Of a DNA stretch of 12,228 bases, positions 10,255 to 12,228 are shown piece by piece. A model generated the notes under the pieces. The model saw only the letters and a program-made list of their open reading frames with translations. It did no database searches and was not told the origin of the DNA. The DNA is from a bacterium (lineage in GTDB: Bacteria; Krumholzibacteriota; Krumholzibacteriia; LZORAL124-64-63), in NCBI GenBank assembly GCA_031441465.1, contig JANOEP010000004.1:1-12228 (forward strand), given 5' to 3'. The first letter of the stretch is position 1. Each line of letters starts with the position of its first letter. Made by a program: the position numbers and the translations under genes.

Positions 10255-10357
10255 CACGGATTCCTCCAATCATGCGCGATTGAGAGACGAGACCACGACA
10301 ACATACGGCACGGGAGCGAGTATGGGATACCCCCCGCCTGCTGCACGTGGGCTGGCC

Positions 10358-10508
10358 ACGATCCTGATCCTTCCGACCCGGCGGGTCGGGGGCGTCAGGA
10401 AGGCCCCGGCGCCAGGATGCCGCAGGGCCCCTGACGTCGAGCGCCCCGGGCACACGAGGTGCCCGGGGCGCGTCCCCCGACCCGCCGGGTCGGAAGGATC
10501 AGGATCGT
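10358..10508. repeat. Palindromic element, copy 2 (core inverted relative to copy 1)
   Basis: Perfect 35-bp inverted arms at 10358-10392 and 10474-10508 around an 81-nt core. Core hairpins are 10393-10436 and GCGCCCCGGGCAC-ACGAG-GTGCCCGGGGCGC (10441-10471). It begins 4 nt past the gdhA stop. Confidence 0.9.
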
Positions 10509-10512
10509 CGGA

Positions 10513-11838
10513 TCAGACCACGCCCTGGTCCATCATGGCGTCGGCGACCTTGAGGAAGCCGGCGATGTTGGCGCCGTTGACGTAGTTGCCCGGCGTGCCG
10601 AAAGCTTCGGCGGTCTCCACACAGTTCTTGTGGATGGCCTTCATGATGCCGTGCAGCTTGGCGTCGACCTCTTCGCGGCTCCACGACAGGCGCATGCTGT
10701 TCTGCGACATCTCGAGTCCCGAGGTCGCCACGCCGCCGGCGTTGGCGGCCTTGCCCGGGCCGTAGAGGATCTTCGCATCGATGAACTGCTCGACGCCCGC
10801 GGGGACCGTGGGCATGTTCGCGCCCTCGGAGACCACGTAGACGCCGTTGCGCAGCAGGTTCGCCGCATCCTTGGCGTTGACCTCGTTCTGGGTGGCGCTG
10901 GGGAAGGCGCAGTCGGCCTTGTGGTCCCACAGCGGGTTGAACGCGGCGCCGGGATCGATGGCCGTGTAGACAGCCTTCGGGTACTTGTCGCAGTACTCCT
11001 TGATGCGCCCGCGCTTGACGTTCTTCAGGTTCATGACGAACGCCAGCTTCTCGCGGTCGATGCCCTGCTCGTCGTAGATGTAGCCCGCGGAGTCGGAGAA
11101 GGTCAGCGGCTTGCCGCCGAAGTCGAGGATCTTCTCGGCGGTGTACTGGGCCACGTTGCCGGAGCCGGACACCAGGCAGCCCTTGCCCTTGAGTTCCTGC
11201 TTGCGGGTCGCGAGCATCTCCTGCGCGAAGTACACGGCGCCGTAGCCCGTGGCTTCCGGACGGATCAGCGAGCCGCCCCACTTCAGGGCCTTGCCCGTGA
11301 GCACGCCGGTGAACTCGTTGCGGATGCGCTTGTACTGGCCGAACATGAAGCCGATCTCGCGGCCGCCCACGCCGATGTCGCCGGCGGGCACGTCGGTGTC
11401 GGGGCCGATGTGGCGCTGCAGCTCGGTCATGAAGCTCTGCGTGAAGTGCATGACCTCGTTGTCGCTCTTGCCCTTGGGATCGAAGTCCGAGCCGCCCTTG
11501 CCGCCGCCCATGGGCAGCGTGGTGAGCGCGTTCTTGAAGACCTGCTCAAAGGCGAGGAACTTCAGGATGCCCAGGTTGACGCTGGGGTGGAAGCGCAGGC
11601 CGCCCTTGTACGGGCCGAGCGCGCTGTTCATCTCGACGCGATAGCCGCGATTGATGTGCGTGCCCCCGTGATCGTCCTGCCACGGCACCCGGAACATGAT
11701 CACGCGCTCGGGCTCGATCATGCGCTCGAGGATGCGTGCGGTCCGGTATTCCGGCCGGCGATCGAAGACGGGCGCGAGCGAGTCGAGCACCTCTTCAACG
11801 GCCTGGTGGAACTCGGGCTCGGCGGGGTTCTTGGCTTT
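10513..11838 (-). CDS. gdhA: NADP-specific glutamate dehydrogenase, lacking the first ~10 native residues and fused in frame to a foreign N-terminus (full ORF 10513..11991)
   Basis: [80 protein letters not shown]. Confidence 0.95.
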   Translation of the reverse strand, partial: KAKNPAEPEFHQAVEEVLDSLAPVFDRRPEYRTARILERMIEPERVIMFRVPWQDDHGGTHINRGYRVEMNSALGPYKGGLRFHPSVNLGILKFLAFEQVFKNALTTLPMGGGKGGSDFDPKGKSDNEVMHFTQSFMTELQRHIGPDTDVPAGDIGVGGREIGFMFGQYKRIRNEFTGVLTGKALKWGGSLIRPEATGYGAVYFAQEMLATRKQELKGKGCLVSGSGNVAQYTAEKILDFGGKPLTFSDSAGYIYDEQGIDREKLAFVMNLKNVKRGRIKEYCDKYPKAVYTAIDPGAAFNPLWDHKADCAFPSATQNEVNAKDAANLLRNGVYVVSEGANMPTVPAGVEQFIDAKILYGPGKAANAGGVATSGLEMSQNSMRLSWSREEVDAKLHGIMKAIHKNCVETAEAFGTPGNYVNGANIAGFLKVADAMMDQGVV

Positions 11839-11991
11839 CGTCTGGACCTTGGCAGTGCCGTCGGGATCGACGGACTGCGCAAGCAGAATCGTCGGCTGCA
11901 ACGCGAACGACAGGGCGCCGACGAGGGCGAGCGATGAGCCGGCGCGGCGCCACATCGACGGTTTGCGCGCAAAGGCGAAGGACAGGCTCAT
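11839..11991 (-). CDS. N-terminal 51 codons of an unrelated secreted protein, in frame with gdhA
   Basis: [51 protein letters not shown] has a basic n-region, a hydrophobic core and an LLA/Q cleavage site. Its ATG overlaps the upstream TGA (ATGA). Confidence 0.6.
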
Positions 11992-12227
11992 CGCGGCACA
12001 CTCGGCATGGGAGGGGTGGCAGTGGTGGTCTTGGGGCCCGGCCTGGCGACATCGGGTGCGGGCGGGGGCGGCAACGAATCGGCCGCTATTGTGCCGTCGA
12101 GTTCCTGTTTGGTGCGCGCACTGCCGCGCAACAGGATGACGGCGTTGCTGCGCAAGGCTTCGGGAGCCGGCGGCGGCTCAGCTGCCGTCGGGCTCTTGAT
12201 CAGCCGACTGACCTGACTGTCTTGAGT
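11988..12227 (-). CDS. 3' end of an unknown protein with a Pro-rich tail (partial)
   Basis: Frame is open from the window edge: [39 protein letters not shown]...PPMPSVPR*. The stop is coupled to ATG 11991. Confidence 0.55.
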   Translation of the reverse strand, partial: TQDSQVSRLIKSPTAAEPPPAPEALRSNAVILLRGSARTKQELDGTIAADSLPPPPAPDVARPGPKTTTATPPMPSVPR

Positions 12228-12228
12228 G

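Larger units (their letters stand above)
9323..10306. repeat. 15-bp direct repeat, 14/15 identical, at 9323-9337 and 10292-10306
   Basis: ACCACGACAACGTAC versus ACCACGACAACATAC. On the minus strand each copy contains a -10-like hexamer (TACGTT and TATGTT). Confidence 0.7.

Noticed and set aside
9350..10510. CRISPR array or canonical integron attC array
   Set aside because: There are only two diverged copies with no repeat-spacer periodicity. The arms are perfect, lack extrahelical bases and clear RYYYAAC/GTTRRRY boxes, and no cas or intI gene is present.

Overview
High-GC bacterial DNA with all real genes on the minus strand. In transcription order: a partial unknown ORF, then gdhA (NADP-glutamate dehydrogenase, native N-terminus replaced by an unrelated signal-peptide segment), a secreted protein ending in TWGxxKxLY, ssrA (tmRNA), class II fba, kbl, a stand-alone EF-G, a KaiC/RecA-like ATPase, yggS, yggT, purine nucleoside phosphorylase, ileS (type 2, broken at about codon 320) and a partial Cu/Zn-SOD-like lipoprotein. 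Both ends of the window contain abrupt mid-gene junctions (about 515 and about 11840), which look like chimeric assembly or rearrangement. The main unexplained structure is a pair of homologous ~149-bp palindromic elements (9405-9553 and 10358-10508) flanking the secreted-protein gene. Each has perfect 34-35-bp inverted arms around an 81-nt core with two hairpins. By hand alignment the copies are about 66% identical without gaps, every arm substitution is compensated, and the cores point in opposite directions. All alignments and family calls were made by eye, without database searches.
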